Assembly (NCBI GenBank): GCA_947084965.1
Contig: CAMTUG010000004.1
Location: 87,490-151,489 of the forward strand
Length of the DNA stretch: 64,000 bases
Direction of reading: 5' to 3'
Source of the DNA: an uncultured Parcubacteria group bacterium
GTDB taxonomy: Bacteria; Patescibacteriota; Patescibacteriia; UBA9934; CAMTUG01
Shown here: positions 51,581 to 61,262 of the stretch, piece after piece
Position numbering within the stretch: position 1 is the first letter of the stretch
Layout: each line of letters begins with the position of its first letter
The notes under the pieces: model-generated
What the model saw: the letters and a program-made list of their open reading frames with translations, nothing else
The model's database searches: none
What the model was told of the DNA's origin: nothing
Made by a program: the position numbers and the translations under genes

Positions 51581-53785
51581 CTAAGACTTCAAGGGTTTCT
51601 TGCGAAGACGGAAAACGAACTGACTGTACGCAGGCCACCCGTACGTCGGCTTCGCCCAATTGAGGCCGAGCCACGACCCGTCGTCATTGCGCCCCACGTA
51701 GAAGACGTGCGGCCAGCCGCCCGAGGCGGAAATTTGCTTCATGCCAACGTACACGTATTCGTTCATCGGCTGATTCGCATATTGCAGACGGAACTGCGGG
51801 CCTACTTCCGGCGGACAGAGTTCAAGGCCTAGTTCTTCCGCTCGGGCATAAATCTGATCCGTCGTGGCTCCGCTCGGGAACCCAAGGTCTTCGACGCGAA
51901 GGCGAATAAGCGTCGCTTCCTCCGGAGATTTGATCTTCCACTGTTTCCAGTCCGGCTGATTCTCATCCGGTTCTCGGAGAGATCGCTTGAAGTCGTCATG
52001 CTCCAACATCCATCCCACGTAGTCAAAGCGGTGTCCATTTTGCGTAAGAAAACTTTCTAGTTCACGTTCATCCTTGCCACCAATCTCAATGTTCTGGCGG
52101 GGGATTTTTCCTTCAGGGAAGGAAGTGTATACGTTCTCCACACCCTCGGGGAGACGGTCGAAGATGCCGGGATCGAGTTTGCCGACGTAGGCTTTGGTCG
52201 ATTCGTTGATTTGATCGACCGAATGGGCAATTTGGCTTTCGTCACACTCGAAGACAACAAGGATATCCTCGTCAGTATTTCGCTGACCACGAAGCTCCGC
52301 GACGCGTGGATCCTTATCATAACCGAAACCCTCGATAGGGGTGTCGATTTCGTAGAGGAACAGGAGGTCGTTTTTTGTGAGAGGTTTACCAACGACGGTT
52401 TTTTGTTCAATGAGCGTTAGAAGCCGCATATCCCCGGCCTTCTTCTCGTAAGCCGCGCCGTCCGGGAATTCTTTCATCTTTGCGCCGACGACCGGAGCGA
52501 TATGCGGATCAAGGTTTTGGTCGGGGGCGATACCGCGAACTTCGGCGATCTTGTCGCCTTCCATGCGGATGGCGGCGCGAGGGATGCTGTTTGCGCCGTC
52601 CTCGTCTTGCGAATAGTAGACGTAAAAATCACCGCGGGAGAGTTGAGATTTCGCCACCTCCTCTCCGGCGGTACACCAACCCGTCTTGTGGCGTTCGATG
52701 GATTGAACCAGCTCGGTTGGCTCAGAGCCTTTGTTGTACTTTATCCATTGTCCGGCGGTGTTATGAAGAAGCGTTTCACTTGTGGGAATGAGCTTGGCAA
52801 ATTCAAGGGCATAGAGTCTGGCAAAGTCCTTGGCATCCAAGGCTTGTTGAACTTCTGGTTCAAGATTGCGATCGTCGACAGGGGTTTCAATTTCAAACGT
52901 CGACGGATCAAATGGAGCCATGTCCAAATCCGCGATGATTCTTTCACGATCAACGGGTACGGTCGGATGTTGTTTCTTCGCTTGCGCAATCCTTTGGCCA
53001 ATAACAAGCTGGCGCTCCTTGTTATGCTTTCTTTCCGCTCGTTCCAACTCTTCTCTAGAAGCGGCAAGGCGCTCCTTGTACACACGATCATGCTCCACGT
53101 GGTCACGAACCTTTCCAAGAACGGCTTGATCCAATTCCGGGAACGGGTTCATGGTCTCTTCGTCCCTGGACGGAAAGACCTTGGTGTCTTTATCAAAGCT
53201 GGAAAGCCCGGTGACGCTTCTCATTGCCCAATACCTGAACCAGTCCGGATAGGCGGCTTGAGCGTCGTCGGTTGCCAGATAGTCGATCCATTTATCCAGT
53301 GATCGTTTTTGATCGTCGATCTTGGCGACGATTTCTTCCACCATCTGCTTTTGTTCGTTCTCAAAATCTTGAATTTCGTCCTTGATGTCCGACCCTTTGG
53401 CGCTGGCTTCGACCGCACGCGCGATCTGATCGCGAACCTCGTCCGGAATTTCCGTGTCCCCGTGTCCCAAGGCACGCGCTTGTTTTTGTTGGTGACCCAA
53501 ATATTCGTCGGTGGCGACGTTAGGCTTCACGATAAGCGCGTCGTGCATGAAGCGCTTCATCATGGAAAGATTGCGCTCTTTGCGGTCGAAATTCTCGTGT
53601 CCTTCGAGTTTGGGAGGGTTCAAAATCGTATCCAAGCGTCCAAGATAAGCCTGGATGCGTTCTTCGGGGGTATTGCGGACGCGAGAACCCTTGCGCTCCC
53701 GCGCGGCAACGGCGCGCTCGACATCCTCGGTTTTTTCCACTTGGTACTTTTGCCTGAGAAATTCAGGATTTGATCCATTTTCCAT
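51581..53785 (-). CDS. DGR target protein with C-terminal variable (CLec-like) domain
   Basis: The last ~48 codons contain the VR and end FVFRLRK; AEELGLELCPPEVGP precedes it; central GWCTAG...IAEVRG domain; no signal peptide. Confidence 0.9.
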   Translation of the reverse strand: MENGSNPEFLRQKYQVEKTEDVERAVAARERKGSRVRNTPEERIQAYLGRLDTILNPPKLEGHENFDRKERNLSMMKRFMHDALIVKPNVATDEYLGHQQKQARALGHGDTEIPDEVRDQIARAVEASAKGSDIKDEIQDFENEQKQMVEEIVAKIDDQKRSLDKWIDYLATDDAQAAYPDWFRYWAMRSVTGLSSFDKDTKVFPSRDEETMNPFPELDQAVLGKVRDHVEHDRVYKERLAASREELERAERKHNKERQLVIGQRIAQAKKQHPTVPVDRERIIADLDMAPFDPSTFEIETPVDDRNLEPEVQQALDAKDFARLYALEFAKLIPTSETLLHNTAGQWIKYNKGSEPTELVQSIERHKTGWCTAGEEVAKSQLSRGDFYVYYSQDEDGANSIPRAAIRMEGDKIAEVRGIAPDQNLDPHIAPVVGAKMKEFPDGAAYEKKAGDMRLLTLIEQKTVVGKPLTKNDLLFLYEIDTPIEGFGYDKDPRVAELRGQRNTDEDILVVFECDESQIAHSVDQINESTKAYVGKLDPGIFDRLPEGVENVYTSFPEGKIPRQNIEIGGKDERELESFLTQNGHRFDYVGWMLEHDDFKRSLREPDENQPDWKQWKIKSPEEATLIRLRVEDLGFPSGATTDQIYARAEELGLELCPPEVGPQFRLQYANQPMNEYVYVGMKQISASGGWPHVFYVGRNDDGSWLGLNWAKPTYGWPAYSQFVFRLRKKPLKS
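51603..51730 (-). repeat. DGR variable repeat (VR)
   Basis: SASGGWPHVFYVGRNDDGSWLGLNWAKPTYGWPAYSQFVFRLR versus TR SDSDGNPNVFNVERNDDGSWLNNNWAKPTNKWNANNQFVFRLR. Confidence 0.95.
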
Positions 53786-53924
53786 ATGGGGGAATGGTAG
53801 CAAAAAACGGGAAGATCGTGTAGTCGGAATAGGAGCAGGCCTAAGCTTCCAAATTTGAAGGGTTTGTCGGGCTTTTTAAAGCCTAGACAACCCCAACCAT
53901 TGTGGCATTGATGTGGGGGGAACT

Positions 53925-54383
53925 ATGAAGAATCCACTCGAGCTTACGGTCAATTTAGAGGCGTTTCAGCTCCCGGAAGGGTCTGTGATGACTTCGAAGG
54001 AGGTAACAAAGGAACTCGCCTCCCAGTAGAGGCCATACTGACCGCGACGCTTTTTCGATGCAACGGAGGGTTTGTGACGGTTATCACCGCAGCCAACAGA
54101 CGGCTCAACCTGAAGGCGGTGATGCACGAACTCGACAACAACTGGGTAACGTATCCCAATGAAGATGAGTGGGGGTGATCTCGGTGCGGTCGACCGGAAC
54201 AATCCGTTCGGTCTCGCAAGCGATCCGAGGGTCACGACGTTCATTGACGCACTCGTGCTCAAACAAAAAGAAGTCGCGTTTCAGGTGAGTGGGAACCGCG
54301 CCATCAAGGTGGCGATGAACGGCCTCGTTATTGGAACGAGAGCAAAATTGCTTGGTGGAATCTCCTTGCCGAAACGATTTTAA
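53925..54383 (+). pseudogene. Probable frameshifted YbaK/EbsC-like aminoacyl-tRNA deacylase
   Basis: Fragments in different frames: TSKEVTKEL / TLF..FVTVITAANRRLNLKAV / NPFGL...FIDALVL..VAFQV. Confidence 0.4.
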
Positions 54384-54449
54384 TAATCCAAAAACGCGAC
54401 CCGTGATGAGCCGCGTTTTGACTGCTGATGACGAACGATAACAGTCGCA

Positions 54450-57400
54450 CTAGAACCTCCCGCCGGATATGTCGAAGAACCGCTCGAAGAATCCCGTGAG
54501 CTTGCTCAATACGCTTTCTCGCTTTTGCGTGCGCTCTCCCGACGGAGAGAAGCGAGATACAGGAGGTAGGACTTTCGTGATCGCTGTACCTGTTGTTGAC
54601 ACGACCCCGTCTCGGAACGCATTTTGAATGAATTTATGTGTCGCTTCCGGATCGAGATTTTCCTGTTCAATAATTTGATCAAGTTCCTCGATCTTTTTCT
54701 CCTCGACGAACTTGTGCCAATCCTCGTCAACGATCGAATGCACATCAAGAGAGGTAATGAACTTGTTAATGAGATCCTTCTTGTTACGTAGTTCAATGCT
54801 CGAATCGATGGCCTTGTTGATGTCCGCCAGGATCTCCCGATTCTTCGTGTGGTCTTCGTGATATTTTTTGATCAATCCGAGAACGTAGTCGATGTTAATC
54901 TCAACCTGCTTAATCAATTCCATCTCGAACACGAGATCGTCGTTGATGTTTTCCTTCTCCGCCTCGTCGCTCTTTCGGAACTCATGGTAGAGGTCGATGT
55001 ACAGGCTGTGATAATCCTGAACGTCGCGCTCGGTAAGAATTTCATTCCCCGTAAATTCATCGAAGGCGGAGAGAATGTTTCGTACCCGCAGAATCGCGCC
55101 GTAGAGCTTGATGAAGTCCTTTTGCGCCTGCTCTCCCACGATTTCTTCTCCGATAGGAAACTTCTGACGTAACTCATCAACGAGGCTCTGATATCCACGC
55201 ACTTCTTTTTCTCCGTCACGGTATCCGTTGTAGTAGTCGACGTACGATTTCAGAAGGACGATTCCGCCCGCTTCCTTGTCGCCGAAAAGCGCGATGGACT
55301 CATTCGTCGCCTTCTCGAGGTTACGGAAGCAGACGATATTACCGAATGTCTTCACGCTATTTAAAATACGATTTGTGCGCGAATACGCTTGTAATAATCC
55401 GTGCAAGCGAAGATTCTTATCCACCCAGAGCGTGTTCAGTGTTGTCGCGTCAAAACCGGTCAGGAACATGTTAACGACGATGAGGATGTCGATTTCCCGA
55501 TCCTTCACCTTTTGGCTGACATCCTTGTAGTAGTTTTGAAACTTATCCGCCGAGGTATCGTAAGACGTCCCAAACATGGTGTTGTAGTCCGCGATGGCGC
55601 TGTCCAAGAAGTCGCGAGAGCTTGCATCGAGTCCACTTGTATCCTCCGAGTTTTCGTCGATCACGCCGTCGGCCTCCTCCTCATTCACGCCAAAGCTAAA
55701 GATCGTTGCCACCTTCAATTTTTGGTCGCTCGGAACATCTGCCAGCTGACGCTTGAACTCCGCGTAATACTTCTTTGCCGCATCAATGGAGGAAACCGCA
55801 AAAATGGAATTGAACCCTGCCAACCGCCGATCTTTCAGCTGGTAGAAGCTGTTGCGCTTGGTTTTCTGGTCGAAGTGGTCGCGAATGTACCGTACAATAT
55901 TCGCCAAACGCTCAGGTGCGGCGAGCACAGCCTCGCGGTCGATATCGTTGACCTTTTTATCCTCAATATCCTCGGCTTCGCGCACGGTGGATACGTAGTC
56001 AACCTTGAACGGCAGGACGTTTTTGTCTGCGATCGCGTTGACGATGGTATAGGTGTGGAGCTTCTCGCCGAAGGCCTGTTCGGTTGTCTTCAGGTCGATG
56101 CGACCGCCCGAGGATGCATTCGCCGCGAAGATCGGGGTGCCGGTGAAACCAAAAAGATGGTAGTTCTTGAACGCCTTGGTAATCGCCGTGTGCATGTCGC
56201 CAAATTGTGAGCGATGGCATTCGTCGAAGATGAGGACGACGTGTCCGTCAAAAATGGCGTGCGCTCCATTGCGGGCAATGAAACGGTCGAGCTTCTGGAT
56301 CGTGGTGATGATGATATTCGCATTCGGGTTTTCGAGCTGACGCTTCAATACCGAAGTGCTCGTATTGCTGTTGGCCGCGCCCTTTTCGAACTTGTCGTAC
56401 TCGCGCATGGTCTGGTAGTCCAAATCCTTACGGTCGACGACGAACACGACCTTATCGACGAAGGACATTTTGCTCGCGAGTTGGGCAGTCTTGAAGCTCG
56501 TCAGCGTCTTTCCGGATCCCGTTGTGTGCCACACGAAGCCACCCGCCTCGATCGTGCCTAGCTTCTTATAATTCGTGCTGACTTCGATACGATTGAGAAT
56601 CCGCTCCGTGGCAACAATCTGGTACGGACGCATGACCAGCAACAATCGGTCGGTGGTAAAGACGCAGTAACGCGTCAAAATGTTGAGAAGCGCGTGCTTG
56701 GCAAAAAAGGTCTTGGCGAAGTCCATCAAGTCGGTGATCGGTCGGTTCGTGGCATCCGCCCACCAGCTCGTGAATTCAAAGCTGTTGCTCGCACGCTTGC
56801 CTTTCTTAACACCGCCCTCACTTGATTCCTTGATGTGCTGCTTTCGCGTGGTGTTGCTGTAGTATTTCGTGTGCGTCCCGTTGGAAATCACGAACAGCTG
56901 GACGTATTCAAACAGTCCGGCGGACGCCCAGAAACTTTCGCGCTGGTATCGGTTGATCTGATTGAAGGCCTCCTGAATGGCTACACCCCGGCGCTTCAGC
57001 TCGACGTGGACGAGCGGGAGGCCGTTCACGAGAATAGTGACGTCATAGCGGTTCGCACGCTGGCCGTCCTCGGTCGCATACTGATTTATGACTTGCAGGC
57101 TATTGTTGTGGATGTTGTCCTCCTTGAGGAGATAGACGTTCTTCGTCGTGCCGTCGTCGCGGATAAGATTCTTGACGTAGTCCTCCTGAATGGTCGCCGT
57201 CTTTTCCTCGATGCTCTGATTGGCGTTTGCAATTTCGGTAGTGAAAAATTGCTTCCATTCCGTATCAGTGAACGCAAAGCCGTTGAGCTTTTCAAGTTGC
57301 TGGCGCAGGTTGGCAACCAATTCCTCTTCCGACGTGATGGTGACGTAATCGTATGCCTGCGTTTTAAGCTGTTCAATGAACGCACGCTCAAGTTCCGCCT

Positions 57401-57503
57401 CGCTCTGATAGTGGGCGACGCGCTTTCCGTCCGGCGTATATTCAGCCACCACGGTGCTCTGCGCACTTTCGGCAACGAGATTGTATTTCTTAGGCTTCGG
57501 CAT
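54450..57503 (-). CDS. hsdR: Type I restriction endonuclease subunit R (EcoR124-like)
   Basis: YDVTILVNGLPLVHVELK; HTTGSGKT; DECHR; MFLTGFD; QAYSRTNR. Confidence 0.96.
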   Translation of the reverse strand: MPKPKKYNLVAESAQSTVVAEYTPDGKRVAHYQSEAELERAFIEQLKTQAYDYVTITSEEELVANLRQQLEKLNGFAFTDTEWKQFFTTEIANANQSIEEKTATIQEDYVKNLIRDDGTTKNVYLLKEDNIHNNSLQVINQYATEDGQRANRYDVTILVNGLPLVHVELKRRGVAIQEAFNQINRYQRESFWASAGLFEYVQLFVISNGTHTKYYSNTTRKQHIKESSEGGVKKGKRASNSFEFTSWWADATNRPITDLMDFAKTFFAKHALLNILTRYCVFTTDRLLLVMRPYQIVATERILNRIEVSTNYKKLGTIEAGGFVWHTTGSGKTLTSFKTAQLASKMSFVDKVVFVVDRKDLDYQTMREYDKFEKGAANSNTSTSVLKRQLENPNANIIITTIQKLDRFIARNGAHAIFDGHVVLIFDECHRSQFGDMHTAITKAFKNYHLFGFTGTPIFAANASSGGRIDLKTTEQAFGEKLHTYTIVNAIADKNVLPFKVDYVSTVREAEDIEDKKVNDIDREAVLAAPERLANIVRYIRDHFDQKTKRNSFYQLKDRRLAGFNSIFAVSSIDAAKKYYAEFKRQLADVPSDQKLKVATIFSFGVNEEEADGVIDENSEDTSGLDASSRDFLDSAIADYNTMFGTSYDTSADKFQNYYKDVSQKVKDREIDILIVVNMFLTGFDATTLNTLWVDKNLRLHGLLQAYSRTNRILNSVKTFGNIVCFRNLEKATNESIALFGDKEAGGIVLLKSYVDYYNGYRDGEKEVRGYQSLVDELRQKFPIGEEIVGEQAQKDFIKLYGAILRVRNILSAFDEFTGNEILTERDVQDYHSLYIDLYHEFRKSDEAEKENINDDLVFEMELIKQVEINIDYVLGLIKKYHEDHTKNREILADINKAIDSSIELRNKKDLINKFITSLDVHSIVDEDWHKFVEEKKIEELDQIIEQENLDPEATHKFIQNAFRDGVVSTTGTAITKVLPPVSRFSPSGERTQKRESVLSKLTGFFERFFDISGGRF

Positions 57504-58644
57504 ATTCTTTGAAAGTCAGGAGTTTCTCCCGGTAGTACTCATACTGTTTGCGCCGAGCGGCGAGCTCTGCTGGAAGACCGACGGAGATGTCATTCACAAG
57601 TGCGTCGAACTTGTCGAGAATCGATACGATGCGTTCTTGTTGGGCAAGAGGTGGGATGGGGATTTGGACAGTCGTTAGTTCTTTTTTATTAACCGCTGGG
57701 ATACTTCCGGTTTTTCTTAGCCCAACAATTGCTGCCTGGATATTCTTAAGATAGTAGTAGACATATTTTGTAAGCAATCCTTCTTTCCGACTTCTGATCC
57801 TGTAACAAAGTGGGCCGCACCAGAAATCTGTTTTTTGATAGCCAACGTGTCCTGCGCCACCCTGTCCCCTGGAAGGAATAGTGATCGTTTCAGCTGGTGA
57901 ATTTTTTTCTGATAGGTAACCGGAAGGTTCATTCCCTGCATTAATAAAAGGAAAGGCATTTACGCCTATAATTGAACTTCTATCAGGTGCTTGACCTGTG
58001 CCAATATCGCAAACCTCACCCAAAGCCGTCCATTCTAGATCCGCATCTAACACTAGAAGTTTCGAACGATAATGTTCGTATTGCTTCTTCCTTGCTTCCA
58101 GCTCTGCTTCCAGCTCTGCTTCCAGCTCTGTGAAAGAGTTTAGCACGCGGACAATCTCTTCTTGGACAGCGACAGGAGGGATGGGGATTTTGATTCGATT
58201 TAAAAAATCAACTGTAATTCCTTTTACTATCGTTCCATTTCCGACAACGTTTATCGTTTGAAAATAATAGGTTAAAAATCTGTTGTTTAGAAATGGTTGC
58301 AATTCAAGCCCGCGCAGATCTTGATTGATCGCAATATCTGTCCCCGCAATTTTCATTTTTCCCGGTGAAATTTTTACAGCAACTATCACGCTACCCTTTG
58401 GAATCAAGTGACTTGAGCTGTCTTCCAGTCCTTCTTTGGTAATGAAATTTCTAGTTGCGTGAATTTCAATATTTACGTTGGAAAGATCTCCAACTGAAGC
58501 CCATGGGATATCACCGTTCCAATAGCTTAATCTAGACTTAGATGGAGTTCCGCCTCCAATATTTCTAATAACACATTCGCCTAATGGTTTGAATACGACC
58601 CCATTCGGGCAGAATTGAGCAATTAATTTTTCAATCTTACTCAT
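57490..58644 (-). CDS. hsdS: Type I R-M specificity subunit
   Basis: Two TRDs; IPIPP..QE.IV..L..F; RKKQYEHYR; low GC. Confidence 0.95.
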   Translation of the reverse strand: MSKIEKLIAQFCPNGVVFKPLGECVIRNIGGGTPSKSRLSYWNGDIPWASVGDLSNVNIEIHATRNFITKEGLEDSSSHLIPKGSVIVAVKISPGKMKIAGTDIAINQDLRGLELQPFLNNRFLTYYFQTINVVGNGTIVKGITVDFLNRIKIPIPPVAVQEEIVRVLNSFTELEAELEAELEARKKQYEHYRSKLLVLDADLEWTALGEVCDIGTGQAPDRSSIIGVNAFPFINAGNEPSGYLSEKNSPAETITIPSRGQGGAGHVGYQKTDFWCGPLCYRIRSRKEGLLTKYVYYYLKNIQAAIVGLRKTGSIPAVNKKELTTVQIPIPPLAQQERIVSILDKFDALVNDISVGLPAELAARRKQYEYYREKLLTFKEYAEA

Positions 58645-58648
58645 ATGG

Positions 58649-60208
58649 CTACTTCGTTCCTTCTATATCACGCACAATTTCATCAATAGAGGTACGGAGT
58701 TCGTTTTGATGCGCAACAATTTTGTCGATCTCTGAATTCAACCTCATTATATCGACAACTTCGCGAATGTCTTCGGCTACGATATAACTTGAAACGGCAA
58801 TATTGTAGTCGTTGTCAGCGACAGCCTGATTATCGATAACTTTTGCGAAGTATTCGACGTCCTTACGGTTCGTGAATGCTTCCAAGATCTTTGCTCGATT
58901 TGTATCACTGAGCTTGTTTTTATTACCGCCGCGCACAAACTCTGAAGATGCGTCAATGAAAAGCGTTTTATTGTCCTTCTTGCTCTTCTTTAATACAATG
59001 ATGCAGGTCGCGATCGTAGTGCCGAAAAAGAGATCGGGCGGAAGCTGGATCACAGCGTCGACGTAGTTATTGTCGACAAGGTACTTGCGGATTTTTTGTT
59101 CTGCGCCTCCTCGGTAAAGGACACCAGGGAATTCAACGATCGCTGCAGTGCCGCTCGTGGAAAGCCACGAAAGCATGTGCATGGCAAAAGCAAGATCGGC
59201 CTTGCTCTTTGGAGCTAACACACCGGCTGGCGCGAAGCGTGGGTCATTAATAAGGAGAGGATTGCCGTCTCCTTCCCATGTAATCGAGTACGGCGGGTTT
59301 GAAACGATGGCATCAAACGGCTCGTCGTCCCAATGTTTTGGATCGGTCAGCGTGTCGCCGTGGGCGATATTGAAATGGTTGTAGTTGATGTCGTGCAGGA
59401 ACATGTTGATACGACAGAGGTTGTAGGTTGTGAGGTTGATTTCCTGGCCATAAAAACCCAGCCGCACATTTTCTTTGCCAAGAACCTTCGCGAATTTCAA
59501 AAGAAGCGATCCAGAACCGCAGGCAGGGTCATAAACCTTGTTTACTTCCATTTTGCCGACAGTCGTGATCTCAGCAAGAAGCTCGCTGACTTCTTGCGGC
59601 GTGTAGTATTCGCCTCCCGACTTGCCGGCATTCGATGCGTACATCGCCATGAGGTACTCATACGCATCACCAAACATGTCGATCGTGTTCTCCGTATAAT
59701 CTCCGAGGCTCAGATCGCCAATCGTTTCCAAAAGCTTAGCGAGCTTTTGATTTCGCTTCTCGACTGTATTGCCGAGCTTGGGCGAATTAACGTCAAGATC
59801 TTGAAACAGGCCGTTCAAATCATCCTCGCTATCAAATCCCTTCGCGGAACTTTCAATGTTACGGAATACTGCGGCGAGCGTCTCGTTAAGATTCGCGTCT
59901 TCCCGAGCCCGTGCGCGAACATTCACGAAGAGCTCGCTTGGCAGAATGTAAAATCCTTTTTCTTTCACTGTGTCAGCCCGACCAAACTCCGCGTCTTTGT
60001 CGGAAAGGGCGGCGTAGTTGAAGCTGGCGGTACCAGCGCGGCGTTCATCAGCATTGATGTAGCTTGTGAGATTCTCGCTGATGAAGCGGTAAAAAAGCAT
60101 TCCAAGCACATACTGCTTGAAATCCCAGCCATCAATGCTCCCTCGCAGATCGTTTGCGATTTGCCAGATAGCGCGATGCAGCTCTGCGCGTTCGTCTTCT
60201 TTGCTCAT
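58649..60208 (-). CDS. hsdM: Type I R-M methyltransferase subunit
   Basis: GEYYTPQEVS; YDPACGSGSLL; SNPPY. Confidence 0.96.
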   Translation of the reverse strand: MSKEDERAELHRAIWQIANDLRGSIDGWDFKQYVLGMLFYRFISENLTSYINADERRAGTASFNYAALSDKDAEFGRADTVKEKGFYILPSELFVNVRARAREDANLNETLAAVFRNIESSAKGFDSEDDLNGLFQDLDVNSPKLGNTVEKRNQKLAKLLETIGDLSLGDYTENTIDMFGDAYEYLMAMYASNAGKSGGEYYTPQEVSELLAEITTVGKMEVNKVYDPACGSGSLLLKFAKVLGKENVRLGFYGQEINLTTYNLCRINMFLHDINYNHFNIAHGDTLTDPKHWDDEPFDAIVSNPPYSITWEGDGNPLLINDPRFAPAGVLAPKSKADLAFAMHMLSWLSTSGTAAIVEFPGVLYRGGAEQKIRKYLVDNNYVDAVIQLPPDLFFGTTIATCIIVLKKSKKDNKTLFIDASSEFVRGGNKNKLSDTNRAKILEAFTNRKDVEYFAKVIDNQAVADNDYNIAVSSYIVAEDIREVVDIMRLNSEIDKIVAHQNELRTSIDEIVRDIEGTK

Positions 60209-60211
60209 AGG

Positions 60212-61129
60212 CTATTTGTTCAAATCGTAGCTCTGCTTGATAAGTCCGAGCGCGTAATCAAAATCCTGATCCGACTTGATCTTGATCTCGTAATCTCCGT
60301 TGCCCCAATGACCTTTTTTCGGATTGGTGAAATCCGTCGCCCGATGCTCTGGATCGTTTAACTCGCCGCTTTTTACGTTGAGCGTAATCCGTAGTTCGTC
60401 CTTATAGAAGATTACGTCAGCAAAGTTCGTCGTCAGTTTGTAAGCGACGTACATTTTCTTGGGTACTTCGGTTACTTCCTCGTCAAATGCCAAGATCGCT
60501 TCGCGCAACTTCATGAAGATGGCTTTGGTTACCTCGTTCGATTTTTGCACGTGCTCTTCTATAGTGTAATTTTTCTGCAACGGTTCGGCACCATCTGGAG
60601 ATTTCTCATGCTTTGCTTTACGGACAATGCCTGATGTTGAAACTTTGACGCGCTGATAATTTTCCGGCTCGAGATACAAAATGTTGTCATCGTAAATCCT
60701 GTAGCGAAAGAGCTCGATATTGATAGGAAGAAAATCCGCAGTGTCGATGTCGAACTTGTTGTAGCTTTCGGCGACGCAAATCACGCGGGACGAGTCCCAA
60801 TCGACCTCAATAGCAACCGCACGTTCTCCACAGAGGGCTTCAAACTCGGCCTTGTGATCGAGAAGCCAGCGAAGGTACGAGAGGCCTTGGTTGATCACGC
60901 TTTCATTTGTCGACCGTTTGTATTCGATAATAACCGGCGCACCGTTCTTATCGATTCCGAGCGTGTCGATCCGGCCGCCGAAGCTCGTTGAGTACTCGGT
61001 AGCCAAGAACGTGATATTCAAAATCTCCTCAAGATTTTGCTCGAAAAGCCGCTGGAGATCTCGTTCTAGACGGACATCCTTGGCGGTTAGGCGTTTTACC
61101 TTGGTTTGATTGATCTGAAATAAGGCCAT
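60212..61129 (-). CDS. NucS-like PD-(D/E)xK domain plus DUF5655 domain protein
   Basis: LERDLQ; GRIDTLG; IIEYKR; PKKMYVAYK; GHWGNGD. Confidence 0.8.
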   Translation of the reverse strand: MALFQINQTKVKRLTAKDVRLERDLQRLFEQNLEEILNITFLATEYSTSFGGRIDTLGIDKNGAPVIIEYKRSTNESVINQGLSYLRWLLDHKAEFEALCGERAVAIEVDWDSSRVICVAESYNKFDIDTADFLPINIELFRYRIYDDNILYLEPENYQRVKVSTSGIVRKAKHEKSPDGAEPLQKNYTIEEHVQKSNEVTKAIFMKLREAILAFDEEVTEVPKKMYVAYKLTTNFADVIFYKDELRITLNVKSGELNDPEHRATDFTNPKKGHWGNGDYEIKIKSDQDFDYALGLIKQSYDLNK

Positions 61130-61262
61130 AATTGGGTTTTGGATTGGCCTAAGTTTATGCGAAATCAGCGTTTTTGGCTACCTTGTCGCCTAAATGAAGG
61201 GGTTTTCAGGGACTTAGTTACCAACAGCTAGGCGGACTAGACGCCCCGCAGGGGTTGCGGCA

